A stretch of DNA of 27,533 bases, taken from positions 1 through 27,533 of the forward strand of contig JAYNIA010000036.1 of the NCBI GenBank assembly GCA_038108555.1. Reading direction: 5' to 3'. The number at the start of each line of letters is the position of its first letter. Positions within the stretch are counted from its first letter, which is position 1. Below the pieces are notes generated by a model. That model was not told the DNA's origin, did not search any database, and saw nothing but the letters and a program-made list of their open reading frames with translations. This stretch comes from Nitrospinota bacterium. GTDB lineage: Bacteria > Nitrospinota > Nitrospinia > Nitrospinales > VA-1. The position numbers and the translations under genes were made by a program. This document shows, piece after piece, positions 16,450 to 26,899 of this stretch.

Positions 16450-19400
16450 ATGGAAGCATTTCCCAAAAAACAGGGCCTTTACGATCCCGAATACGAAAAA
16501 GACAGTTGTGGTGTTGGATTTGTCATGAATATGAAGGGTGAAAAATCCCACGAGATTATTTTTCAGGGGTTGGAAATCCTCAAAAAACTGGAACACCGTG
16601 GTGCCTGCGGATCGGACAAGCTCACAGGGGATGGTGCGGGGATCTTAATCCAGATCCCGGACGAATTTTTCCAGGAGCAATGCCCCAAAATAGGAATCAA
16701 CCTGCCTGAAGCCGGCCGCTATGCTGCTGGTAACGTTTTCCTTCCTACCGGAAAGGATACGAAACAGGGCATTGAAATCATGGAGCGAGCGGTTTTAACG
16801 GAGGGGCTGGAGTTATTGGGCTGGCGGGACCTTCCGGTCGACAATACGACCATTGGGGTAAAAGCGCGTTCTGTGGAGCCGGTGATCAAACAAATTTTTG
16901 TAGGGGCTCCTGCAGATGTCGAAGACCAATTAGCTTTTGAGCGCCGGTTATATTGTGTTCGAAAGCGAGCTGCCTGGGGCGTTCGTCGGGCGGGTCTCAA
17001 TGACAATAATGAAAACTTTTATGCCTGCAGCCTTTCCAGCAAGACCATAATCTATAAAGGTCAATTGATGGCTCCGCAACTGGAGACCTATTATTTGGAT
17101 ATTAAAGATCCCAAAATGACCTCGGCTTTGGCGTTGGCCCATTCCCGGTACAGCACGAACACGTTTCCTTCCTGGGGACGAGCACAACCTTTCCGCTATA
17201 TTGCCCACAACGGAGAGATCAATACCGTTCGGGGAAATAAAAACTGGATGCAAGCCCGGGAGTCGATGTTTGAATCTCCCTTATTCAAAGAGATTGATAA
17301 GATTCTTCCAGTCATTGCACCTGGAGGAAGTGATTCGGCAGACTTCGATCAGGCTTTGGAAATGTTGTTTTTGACCGGGCGTTCATTACCTCACGCCATG
17401 ATGATGATGATCCCGGAACCGTGGAGTGGTCATGAAACCATGGACGATGACAAGCGTGGGTTCTATGAATTTCATGCCTCCATGATGGAACCCTGGGATG
17501 GTCCTGCTTCAATTGCATTTACTGATGGTGAAACCTGCGGTGCGGTGCTCGATAGAAACGGGCTCCGACCTTCCCGATATTATGTGACCAAAGACGGTCT
17601 GGTTGTTATGGCATCTGAAGTTGGCGTCGTGCCGGTTGAGGAAGCTAATATCGAATATAAGGGAAGATTGCAGCCTGGCAAAATGTTCCTGGTGGATATT
17701 AATGAAGGACGCATCATTTCGGATGAAGAGTTAAAATCAAAAATCACAACCCAGAAGCCATATAAAAAATGGGTGGAAGAAAATCAGGTGAACCTTAATG
17801 ATTTGCCGGATACAGACTACAAATTTCAGCCCGACTTTGATTCACTATTAACCCGACAGATTGCTTTTGGATATACCGTTGAGGATGTAAAGTTTCTTTT
17901 AGCGCCCATGATTGGAACTGCAACGGAAGCCACGGGTTCTATGGGCAACGATTCTCCCCTGGCGATTCTTTCGCAAAAACCTCAACTCCTTTTTAATTAC
18001 TTCAAACAATTGTTTGCGCAGGTAACCAATCCGGCTATCGATTCCATCCGTGAAGAACTCGTCATGTCCATGGAAGTGACTTTGGGTAAAGAAATGAATC
18101 TGTTGGATGAGACTCCGGAACATTGCCGTAAGTTGAAAGTGGAGCATCCCATCCTTACAGGTAAGGAAATGGAGAAAATTAGAAACCTGGATCAGGAAGG
18201 TTTAAAGTCCGTTGTCCTTTCAACCCTGTTTCCGGTGTCTGAGGGAGAAGAAGGAATGGAACGGGCGATGGATGATTTATGTCAAAATGCTTCCAAAGCG
18301 ATCGAAGAAGGAGCCACCATTATCATATTGTCCGATAAAGGTGTTGATGAGAAGAATGTGGCTCTGCCTAGTTTGCTCGCTACTTCAGGAGTTCATCACC
18401 ATCTTTTACGCGAAAAAACACGGACCCGTGTGGGTCTCGCGGTTGAAACCGGCGAAGCCCGGGAGATGATGCACTTTGCTTTGTTGATTGGTTATGGGGC
18501 CGGTGCCATTTATCCTTACCTTGCATACGAAACTGTTGCAGAGATTGCAAACGAAGGGGTGTTTGTAAATAAAATTGATTCTGAAACGGCGATCAGTAAC
18601 TTTATTAAGGCAACTCGTAAAGGACTTTTTAAAATCATCGCCAAGATGGGTATATCCACCATTCAAAGTTATCGCGGAGCACAAATTTTTGAAGCTGTGG
18701 GCTTGGGAGAAGATGTGATTGAACGCTTTTTCACAAAAACTCCTTCGCGGGTCAGCGGTGCTAATTTAAATGTAATAGCAAAAGAGTCTCTAAAACGACA
18801 TCAGAAAGCATTCAGTGCTGATCGCTCATCCCTGCTTGATCTTGGCGGGCATTATCAATGGCGACGGGGTGAAGAGAAACATATGCTCAATCCCAATGTC
18901 ATTGGTCTTTTGCAACATGCGACCCGTTCAAACGATTATGGAATCTTCAAAAAGTTTTCCAAACTTTCCGACCAGGAAAGCACACGCCAGTGCACGTTGA
19001 GGGGACTGTTCAATTTTAAAAAGTCCACTCCCATCCCTATTGAAGAAGTAGAACCCGTAGAAAATATTACCAAACGGTTTTGTACCGGTGCCATGTCCAT
19101 TGGTTCAATATCCCGTGAAGCTCATGAAACGCTGGCGATAGCTATGAATCGGTTAGGTGGCAAGAGCAATACCGGTGAGGGCGGGGAAGACGTTGTGCGT
19201 TATACGCCAGATGAAAATGGAGATTCTCGTAGAAGTAAAATTAAACAGGTTGCATCGGGGCGATTTGGAGTGAATAGCTTTTATCTTGCCAACGCGGATG
19301 AAATGCAGATCAAGGTTGCTCAAGGTGCAAAACCGGGAGAGGGAGGACAACTGCCGGGGCACAAAGTAAGTGAGTACATTGCAAAGATTAGGCATTCAAC

Positions 19401-20973
19401 ACCTGGAGTGGGATTGATTTCACCTCCCCCTCACCACGATATTTATTCGATAGAAGATCTGCAGCAATTGATTTTTGATCTTCACAATGCCAATCCCGAT
19501 GCCGCAGTGAGCGTAAAGTTGGTCGCTGAAGCAGGGGTGGGTACTATTGCGGCCGGAGTATCCAAAGCTCATGCAGAAGGGGTTCTGATTGCGGGACACG
19601 ATGGTGGGACCGGGGCATCTCCCCAAACTTCCATCAAGCATGCGGGGCTGCCCTGGGAATTAGGTCTTTCAGAAACTCAGCAAATCCTGGTGCTCAATGA
19701 TTTGCGAGGACGGATACGTGTCCAGGTAGATGGTCAGTTGAAAACCGGACGCGATGTGGTGATCGGTGCAATTTTGGGAGCCGATGAATTTGGATTCTCC
19801 ACCACCGCTTTGGTGACGATGGGATGCATCATGATGAGAAAGTGCCACCTGAATACTTGTTCGGTTGGTGTAGCAACTCAGGATCCTGTTCTACGAAAAA
19901 AGTTTGCCGGTAAGCCGGAATATGTCGTCAACTTTTTCAGGTTCATTGCCCAGGAAGTTAGAGAAATAATGGCGGAGCTGGGAATCAGGAAATTTGAAGA
20001 CCTGATTGGAAAGGTCGAACTGCTTGAAGGTGAAGAGGCGGTGGACCATTGGAAAGCCAACGGTCTGGATGTGAGCAAGATTTTATTCAAACCCGAGGTG
20101 GATGGAAATGTGGCCATAAGGAATGTTTGTACTCAGGATTTGAGTGGAGATTTGGATAATGCCCTGGACCACCGACTCATAAGTGTAAGCCAGTTGGCCC
20201 TTGAAAAGAAAACGCAGGTTTATGGAGACTTCTCCATCTTGAATACGGACCGTGCGACGGGAGCCATGCTCAGCTACCGGGTTTCGAAGCTGCATGGGGA
20301 AGAAGGATTGCCTGCAGATACTATCCAATTTGGGTTCAAAGGTTCTGCGGGTCAAAGCTTCGGTGCTTTTCTTGCTCCGGGAATCACTTTTGGGCTGGCC
20401 GGCGATGCCAATGATTATGTTGGAAAGGGATTGTCGGGCGGTAAAATTTTTATTTATCCCCCAAAAGAATCCACCATCGTTCCTGAGGAAAATATTCTAA
20501 TCGGTAATACTGTACTTTATGGCGCTGTTTCAGGAAAAGCATTTTTCCGGGGAATTGCAGGCGAACGTTTTGCCGTTCGGAATAGTGGTGCCCTTACCGT
20601 TGTTGAAGGGGTAGGGGATCATGGATGCGAATATATGACCGGGGGGGTGGTCGTATGTCTCGGTTCAACCGGAAGAAATTTTGCTGCTGGTATGAGTGGA
20701 GGTCTTGCCTATGTGCTCGACCCTGAAGATGACTTCGAAATCCATTGCAATAAAAATACGGTTGAACTGTTTGATGTGACCGAAGATGAGGATGTCAAAC
20801 AGCTAAAAGGTTTGATTGAAGAACATTATAAATCGACCCAAAGTACGGTAGCCAGAAAAGTATTGGATGAATGGGAAGAAACCCTGCCAAAGTTTGTAAA
20901 AGTCTATCCCACCGATTACCGGCGGGTTTTAGAAGAGAGAAAAAAGAAGCAGGAAGAATTACAGGTAGCCTAA
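16450..20973 (+). CDS. gltB: Glutamate synthase large subunit
   Basis: DSCGVG Ntn cysteine, HNGEIN, EPWDGPA, QGAKPGEGGQLPG, CIMMRKCHLNTC 3Fe-4S motif, C-terminal GXGXG domain. Confidence 0.98.
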   Translation: MEAFPKKQGLYDPEYEKDSCGVGFVMNMKGEKSHEIIFQGLEILKKLEHRGACGSDKLTGDGAGILIQIPDEFFQEQCPKIGINLPEAGRYAAGNVFLPTGKDTKQGIEIMERAVLTEGLELLGWRDLPVDNTTIGVKARSVEPVIKQIFVGAPADVEDQLAFERRLYCVRKRAAWGVRRAGLNDNNENFYACSLSSKTIIYKGQLMAPQLETYYLDIKDPKMTSALALAHSRYSTNTFPSWGRAQPFRYIAHNGEINTVRGNKNWMQARESMFESPLFKEIDKILPVIAPGGSDSADFDQALEMLFLTGRSLPHAMMMMIPEPWSGHETMDDDKRGFYEFHASMMEPWDGPASIAFTDGETCGAVLDRNGLRPSRYYVTKDGLVVMASEVGVVPVEEANIEYKGRLQPGKMFLVDINEGRIISDEELKSKITTQKPYKKWVEENQVNLNDLPDTDYKFQPDFDSLLTRQIAFGYTVEDVKFLLAPMIGTATEATGSMGNDSPLAILSQKPQLLFNYFKQLFAQVTNPAIDSIREELVMSMEVTLGKEMNLLDETPEHCRKLKVEHPILTGKEMEKIRNLDQEGLKSVVLSTLFPVSEGEEGMERAMDDLCQNASKAIEEGATIIILSDKGVDEKNVALPSLLATSGVHHHLLREKTRTRVGLAVETGEAREMMHFALLIGYGAGAIYPYLAYETVAEIANEGVFVNKIDSETAISNFIKATRKGLFKIIAKMGISTIQSYRGAQIFEAVGLGEDVIERFFTKTPSRVSGANLNVIAKESLKRHQKAFSADRSSLLDLGGHYQWRRGEEKHMLNPNVIGLLQHATRSNDYGIFKKFSKLSDQESTRQCTLRGLFNFKKSTPIPIEEVEPVENITKRFCTGAMSIGSISREAHETLAIAMNRLGGKSNTGEGGEDVVRYTPDENGDSRRSKIKQVASGRFGVNSFYLANADEMQIKVAQGAKPGEGGQLPGHKVSEYIAKIRHSTPGVGLISPPPHHDIYSIEDLQQLIFDLHNANPDAAVSVKLVAEAGVGTIAAGVSKAHAEGVLIAGHDGGTGASPQTSIKHAGLPWELGLSETQQILVLNDLRGRIRVQVDGQLKTGRDVVIGAILGADEFGFSTTALVTMGCIMMRKCHLNTCSVGVATQDPVLRKKFAGKPEYVVNFFRFIAQEVREIMAELGIRKFEDLIGKVELLEGEEAVDHWKANGLDVSKILFKPEVDGNVAIRNVCTQDLSGDLDNALDHRLISVSQLALEKKTQVYGDFSILNTDRATGAMLSYRVSKLHGEEGLPADTIQFGFKGSAGQSFGAFLAPGITFGLAGDANDYVGKGLSGGKIFIYPPKESTIVPEENILIGNTVLYGAVSGKAFFRGIAGERFAVRNSGALTVVEGVGDHGCEYMTGGVVVCLGSTGRNFAAGMSGGLAYVLDPEDDFEIHCNKNTVELFDVTEDEDVKQLKGLIEEHYKSTQSTVARKVLDEWEETLPKFVKVYPTDYRRVLEERKKKQEELQVA

Positions 20974-21004
20974 TCGATAACGGAAACAGAGAGTAAAAAT
21001 TTAG

Positions 21005-22492
21005 ATGGGTGCAATAAAAGGATTCATGGAATTTAATCGGGAGACCCCGGCGGGTCGTCCCGTTGAGGAAAGGCTGAAAGACCAAAAGGAATGTTACGCC
21101 CCTTTCCCTGAAGACAAATATAAAGAGCAGGGTGCGCGTTGCATGGATTGTGGTGTGCCTTTTTGTCAAAGTGAAAGCGGTTGTCCCTTAGGGAATCTGA
21201 TTCCCGACTGGAACGATATGGTTTATCGCGGGCGTTATGAAGAGGCCGTGGAGCTTTTATTGAAAACTAATAACTTTCCGGAGTTTACCGGTCGGGTTTG
21301 TCCTGCTCCCTGTGAAGGAGCCTGCGTTTTGGGGATAACCGAGCCTGCGGTGACCATTTGCAATATTGAGGAAATGATCGCTGAGAAAGGTTTCGCAGAA
21401 GGTTTTATAAAAGCAAAACCTCCGGAAAATAGAACCGGAAAAAAGATTGCCGTTGTTGGTTCAGGTCCTTCAGGTTTGGCATGCGCAGCACAGCTTAACT
21501 CGGTCGGTCATGAAGTCACTGTCTTTGAAAAAGATGATCGTGTGGGCGGGTTATTGATGTATGGAATTCCGCATTTCAAGCTGGAAAAAGAAATTGTGAA
21601 ACGCCGAATTAAACTGATGGAAGAGGAAGGCGTTGTCTTCAAGACCGGAGTGCATATTGGTGTCGATAAGCCTGCCAAGGAATTAAATGATGAGTTTGAT
21701 GCAGTCGTTTTGTGCGGCGGTTCCCAAAAGCCCCGAGATCTTCCGGTAGAGGGAAGGGATTTGGATGGAATTCATTTTGCGATGGAATTCTTGCCTCAAC
21801 AAAACAAGCGCAATGAAGGGGATATTATTCCCGAGGATATATCCATTACCGCAAAAGATAAAAATGTTTTGATCATTGGTGGAGGCGACACCGGCTCCGA
21901 CTGTGTGGGGACATCGCTCAGGCAGGGTGCCAAGAGTGTGACCACATTTGAACTGCTTCCCGAACCTCCGCGAACGCGAACGGATAGTAATCCATGGCCA
22001 CAATGGCCGAGAATCTTCCGGGTTTCTTCTTCTCATGAAGAAGCAAATGAGCGGGAAGGAAAAGAAAAAATTACTGAGTATTGTGTCTCTACCAAAAAAT
22101 TTATTGGTAAAGATGGAAAGGTCTCTAAGATCTTGGGAGTAAAAATGGTTTTTGGCGAACCCGACCCTAAAACCGGACGAGCTTCCATGGAAGAAGTGCC
22201 AGGCTCCGAGTTTGAACTTGATGTTGACCTGGTTCTTTTAGCGATGGGATTTGTCCATCCCATCCATGAAGGAATGGTCCAGGAACTAGGTTTAGACCTT
22301 GATGCGCGGGGTAATGTTTCCTGTGATGAAAATAAAATGACCAGTGCGGAAGGGATATTTGTTGCCGGCGATATGACACGAGGTCAATCCCTGGTGGTCT
22401 GGGCGATTGCTGAAGGCCGCGAAGCAGCACGATCTGTCGACCAGTACCTCATGAAAACCACCAAACTTCCTCACAGTCAGTTTCTTAGGTAA
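21005..22492 (+). CDS. gltD: Glutamate synthase small subunit (NAD(P)H)
   Basis: RCMDCGVPFC...CP, GRVCPAPCE, GSGPSGL, GGGDTGSDC, RGQSLVVWAI. Confidence 0.97.
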   Translation: MGAIKGFMEFNRETPAGRPVEERLKDQKECYAPFPEDKYKEQGARCMDCGVPFCQSESGCPLGNLIPDWNDMVYRGRYEEAVELLLKTNNFPEFTGRVCPAPCEGACVLGITEPAVTICNIEEMIAEKGFAEGFIKAKPPENRTGKKIAVVGSGPSGLACAAQLNSVGHEVTVFEKDDRVGGLLMYGIPHFKLEKEIVKRRIKLMEEEGVVFKTGVHIGVDKPAKELNDEFDAVVLCGGSQKPRDLPVEGRDLDGIHFAMEFLPQQNKRNEGDIIPEDISITAKDKNVLIIGGGDTGSDCVGTSLRQGAKSVTTFELLPEPPRTRTDSNPWPQWPRIFRVSSSHEEANEREGKEKITEYCVSTKKFIGKDGKVSKILGVKMVFGEPDPKTGRASMEEVPGSEFELDVDLVLLAMGFVHPIHEGMVQELGLDLDARGNVSCDENKMTSAEGIFVAGDMTRGQSLVVWAIAEGREAARSVDQYLMKTTKLPHSQFLR

Positions 22493-22496
22493 AATC

Positions 22497-22542
22497 TTTA
22501 AAGAACCCCTCTTTCCTAAAGAGGGGCTGGGGTGATTTACCT
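22497..22542. repeat. REP-like hairpin repeat, copy 1 (left inverted repeat of the RM cassette)
   Basis: TTTAAAGAACCCCTCTTTCCTAAAGAGGGGCTGGGGTGATTTACCT; internal hairpin CCCCTCTTT/AAAGAGGGG; its reverse complement matches 26766-26811. Confidence 0.88.
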
Positions 22543-22680
22543 CATTAACTACTTTCCCGATCAGCTAGGCCCCGAATTTTTACACCATAAATAAAAATCC
22601 TTTATTTACAAGGTGTTCCCATCTATTATTAATTCGGTAAGTCTAATATTTATAATTCTCATTATTTTTTTTATTAATAG

Positions 22681-25600
22681 GTGGTTTTGGTGCTAATAAA
22701 AGGTTCTTTATTTACTCAAGAGTTTTTAAAAACTGGAATCCTGGAGCATGAGGAGTGGAAGAACCTTCAAGAATCAGAAATAGACAATTTTCGAAAAAAG
22801 CTCCTTGAAATTTTTGAAGCTTTTCCTGTAAATGGAAATCCGATTGAAGCGACAACTGAAAAGGATTTAATTGAACCTGTAATTGAAGCATTGGGGTGGG
22901 ATTCTTATCTTACCCAACAGACCACTTCTAAAAAGGGGCGAAAGGATGTCCCCGACTATTTATTATTCCCCAACACCGAGTCAAAGCAAAAAGCCAATAG
23001 CGAGAAGCAACAGGCCAAAAGGTATAAATACGGACTCTCAATTCTTGAAGCAAAAGCATGGGAAGTTCCTTTAGACAAAAAAGGAAATGAAGAGGAATTT
23101 GACAGCCGAATTCCCTCCAATCAGATATTACGCTATCTCAGCCTGGCAGATATTCAATCTGAAAAGAATATTAAATGGGGAATTCTTACTAATGGCAGAA
23201 AATGGCGTCTCTATTATCAAGATGCACAATCGCGTTCAGAAGATTTTCTAGAAATCGAATTGCCTGCCATACTTGGAATAAGTGATTTGCAGGCAGATCT
23301 TTTTGAGTTTGAAGAGTCCAGCAAACAGGACTGGCTAAAAGTATTTTATTTGCTTTTTGGACGCAATGCATTTTTAAAATCCTCTCCTGAAAATACTACC
23401 TTTCATGAAAAGGCCCTTTAACAAGGAAAGTTCTGGGAATCTCAAGTCGCGAAGGACCTAAGCGATGTGGTCTTTAAAGAAGTTTTTCCTCAACTAGTTC
23501 AATATTTAAAAGAGCATGATCCTGAAGCACCCGATTCCCCGGATGACCTCTATCTTGAGGAATTGCGTAGCTCCGCATTAACCTTTTTCTATCGCTTGTT
23601 ATTTGTATTTTATGCAGAGGACAGGCAGCTTTTACCGGTCACAGATGATAAATACGATGACTATGGTTTACGGAAAAGGGTAAGGGTGGATATCGCAAAA
23701 AGAATGGATTCGAAAGATACTTTCAGCCAGACTCTGGATGATTACTACCGGAGAACATGTAATTTATTCAAGGCAATTGATAAAGGAGACCCCTCCATCG
23801 GTTTGCCGCCATACAATGGCGGGCTTTTTGACATAAAACAGCACACTTTATTAAACCGTGTTGAATTACCTGATTCTGCATTTGCCCCTCTCCTCGATAA
23901 ACTTTCCAGAAGAGACATAGAAGAAAACCCAAAATGGATCAATTATCGTGACCTGTCGGTTCAGCAACTGGGTTCTATTTATGAAAGATTGCTGGAGTTT
24001 GAGTTGGCTATGACTGCTGATAGGGACTTAGTGATTCGTCCAAATATTTTTGCCCGCAAAACCAGCGGCAGTTATTACACACCTGACAATCTTGTAAATT
24101 TAATTCTTGAAAAAACAATAGACCCATTAATAAATGAAAAGTTGGAATTGTTTAAAAATGAATCCGAGAAACTAAAAGGAAGAAAATCTCCAAAAAAGGA
24201 ACGGTTGAAGGAATTAAAAAAGGTTGATCCCACCTCCGCCATTCTGGAATTAAAAATTTGTGACCCGGCAATGGGAAGCGGACATTTTCTTGTATCTCTT
24301 GTGGATTATCTTGCCGATCGAATTCTGGAATCCCTTGTGGAGTCTGAAGAAATAGTAGACTGGCTTGATAAGGAAAATTCTTATGCTTCTCCTTTGTTTG
24401 AAAAAATCAATTCGATTCGGGATCAAATCAAACAGCAGGCAAAAGAAAACGGCTGGGTGGTTAAAGATGAACAACTTGATGACCGGCATATTATTAGAAG
24501 AATGATTTTGAAACGTTGCGTGTTTGGGGTGGATAAAAACCTGATGGCAGTGGAACTGGCAAAGGTTTCGTTGTGGTTGCACACCTTCACTGTGGGAGCT
24601 CCTCTTTCTTTCCTGAACCATCACCTTAAATGCGGCGATTCCCTTTTTGGTGAGTTTGTGCGCGGCGCAGAAGATTACCTGGAAGAACGGGGTAGCATGT
24701 TTATCGGGCCTACGGTCAATCAGGCAAAAGCGACTGCCAAAGGCATGGCCGATATCGAACAGATTACCGATGCGGATATTTCAGAAGTTAAAGATTCAGC
24801 AGAAAAATTCCAGGTGGTTGAAAAAGTCACAAATCCATTGAACCGCTTCTTTGGTTTTATCCACGCTACCCGCTGGATGGATACAAAAGATAAGAAAATC
24901 AAAGCGGCCATACAGAATATTCTGGACAGTCAGGCAGGAGACCCTGTCAAACTGGTGTCGGGTGAAATAAAAATGCCGGAAGATGCCGAAAGCACTCTTA
25001 AGAGTGTGTTTCGAACCGCAAAATAACTCGATGAAGAAGAGCGGTTTCTGCATTGGGAAATCGCCTTTCCCGGTGTCTGGGATAAATGGGAAAGCCCCGA
25101 ACCCTCAGGAGGGTTTGATGCGGTGATCGGCAATCCTCCTTGGGACAGAATAAAGCTGCAGGAAGTGGAATGGTTCGCCTCTAGAAATCTGGAAATTGCC
25201 CAGGCCACCCGCGCCAGTGACCGGAAAAAGGAAATCAAGAATCTAGAGAAAGCAGGCGACCCTCTCTGGCTCGATTATGTGAAGGCTGGGGCAAGGGCAC
25301 AGGCTATGGCGGCCCAGGCGAGAAATGGCGGCAACTATCCATTGTTTTCCGCAGGTGATATCAATATTTATTCCCTTTTCGTAGAGAGGGCGCATCGGCT
25401 GCTCAAAAACGAAGGAATGGTAGGCTTGTTGACCCCTTCGGGAATCGCGTCCGATAAAGGGGCCAGTAAATTTTTCAAATCCATTTCCACTGAGGGCAGA
25501 TTGGCCGGATTTTTTGATTTTGAGAACAAGAAGATATTTTTCCCAGCCATTCATGCGTCCTTCAAGTTTTGCGCTTATATCGCAGGCGGCAAAGATAGAA

Positions 25601-26751
25601 AGTTTGAAGAAACCCGGATGGCCTTTTTTCTTCATAGCACAGAAGAACTGGAAAACCCTGATCGCTGTTTCAGTCTGACCCCGGAAGACTTCAACCGCGT
25701 CAATCCCAATACGGGTACGGCTCCAATTTTCCGCACTCAAAGAGACGCGGATATCACCCGCAGGATATATGAAAAATTCCCGATTCTAAACGATCATGAA
25801 AAGGGCAAAGTATGGCCGGTTAAATACCATACTATGTTTCACATGACCAATGATTCCCATTTGTTCAAAACCAAAGAAGAGTTGGAGAAGGACGGTTTTT
25901 ACCCTGTTGAGGGAAACCGTTTGCAAAAAGGGGAGGAGGAGTTTTTGCCCCTGTATGAAGGAAAAATGGTTCAAGCTTACGATCATAGAGCTGCCAGTGT
26001 GGTTGTCAACCTTGAAAATCTTAATAGACCTGCTCAACCATTTCCCACTTCGTTTACTCAATATATAAACTCAAACTATTATCCAACTCCACAATTTTGG
26101 ATTAAATCAAATGAAATTAAGATTGCATCGGAAGTAGATTGGTATGTTGGTTTTAAAGAAATCTCGGCTTCAACAAATGTAAGAACAATGATTGCAACAA
26201 TTTTACCTCGATATGGGTGTGGAAATAAGGTGCCACTTTTAATTCCTGAAATAAGTAACGAGTTTAAGAAGTTTTCCCCATTGTTACTCGCAAACCTTAA
26301 TTGCTTTAGTTTAGATTTTATTGCGAGAAAAAAGCTTCAAGGACAAACATTAAACTGGTTTATTGTCGAGCAACTCCCGGTGGTGCCGCCTGAACGATTT
26401 GAGAATAACATTGGCAAAATAAAGATTGCTGATTTCATACGCGATCTGGTTTTAAAACTCACCTACACCGCATGGGATATGCAGCCGTTTGCCAAAGACA
26501 TGGGGTATAAAGGAGATCCGTTTATCTGGGATGAGGAAGACCGCCGCCACTACAAGGCAAAATTGGACGCCCTGTTTTTCAACCTGTATGAAATTAGTGA
26601 CGATGATGCGGATTATGTTATGGATACTTTTCCCATCATAAAGCGAGAGGATGAAAAGGCTTTCGATAACAGGTACTACACCAAAGAGCTTATTCTGGCT
26701 TATATGAAAGCTTTGAGGGCGGGAGACACGGAAGCCAGAATTCAGTTGTAA
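22681..26751 (+). pseudogene. Type IIG-like (Eco57I-family) fused restriction endonuclease/N6-adenine methyltransferase interrupted by two in-frame TAA codons
   Basis: ORFs 22681-23421, 23467-25026 and 25123-26751 share one frame; only TAA 23419-23421 and TAA 25024-25026 interrupt it. Nuclease PD...EAK and ILTNG..WRLY; MTase GSYYTP, DPAMGSGHFL, FLHWEIAFP...GGFDAVIGNPPW; C-terminal target-recognition region. Confidence 0.88.
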
Positions 26752-26765
26752 AATATAAAAACTGA

Positions 26766-26811
26766 AGGTGAATCACCCCAGCCCTCTTTAGAAAAGAGGG
26801 GGTCTTTTAAA
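26766..26811. repeat. REP-like hairpin repeat, copy 2 (right inverted repeat)
   Basis: AGGTGAATCACCCCAGCCCTCTTTAGAAAAGAGGGGGTCTTTTAAA; differs from the reverse complement of copy 1 by 3 substitutions and 2 single-base indels. Confidence 0.88.
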
Positions 26812-26828
26812 ACCTAGCCAGAAACTTT

Positions 26829-26854
26829 ACCCCGACCCTCTTTGGGAAAGAGGG
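26829..26854. repeat. REP-like hairpin repeat, copy 3 (shorter, same orientation as copy 2)
   Basis: ACCCCGACCCTCTTTGGGAAAGAGGG; same CCCTCTTT/AAAGAGGG stem. Confidence 0.75.
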
Positions 26855-26863
26855 AATCACAAT

Positions 26864-26899
26864 AAAAAAAGGAAGCTGCCTTGACAACAGCTCCCTTTT
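26864..26899 (-). terminator. Rho-independent terminator (possibly bidirectional)
   Basis: Minus strand GGGAGCTGTT-GTCAA-GGCAGCTTCC + T7; the G-U pairs favour the minus strand; a T4 tail is present on the plus strand. Confidence 0.85.

Noticed and set aside
22681..26751. Alternative genetic code (TAA reassigned) as the cause of the RM stops
   Set aside because: lpdA, leuA, gltB, gltD and others end at TAA at their expected C-termini and have no internal TAA.
22681..26751. Three independent genes, or a BREX/DISARM multi-gene system
   Set aside because: Same frame with conserved motifs continuing through the gaps; no pglZ, brxC or helicase partners in the window.
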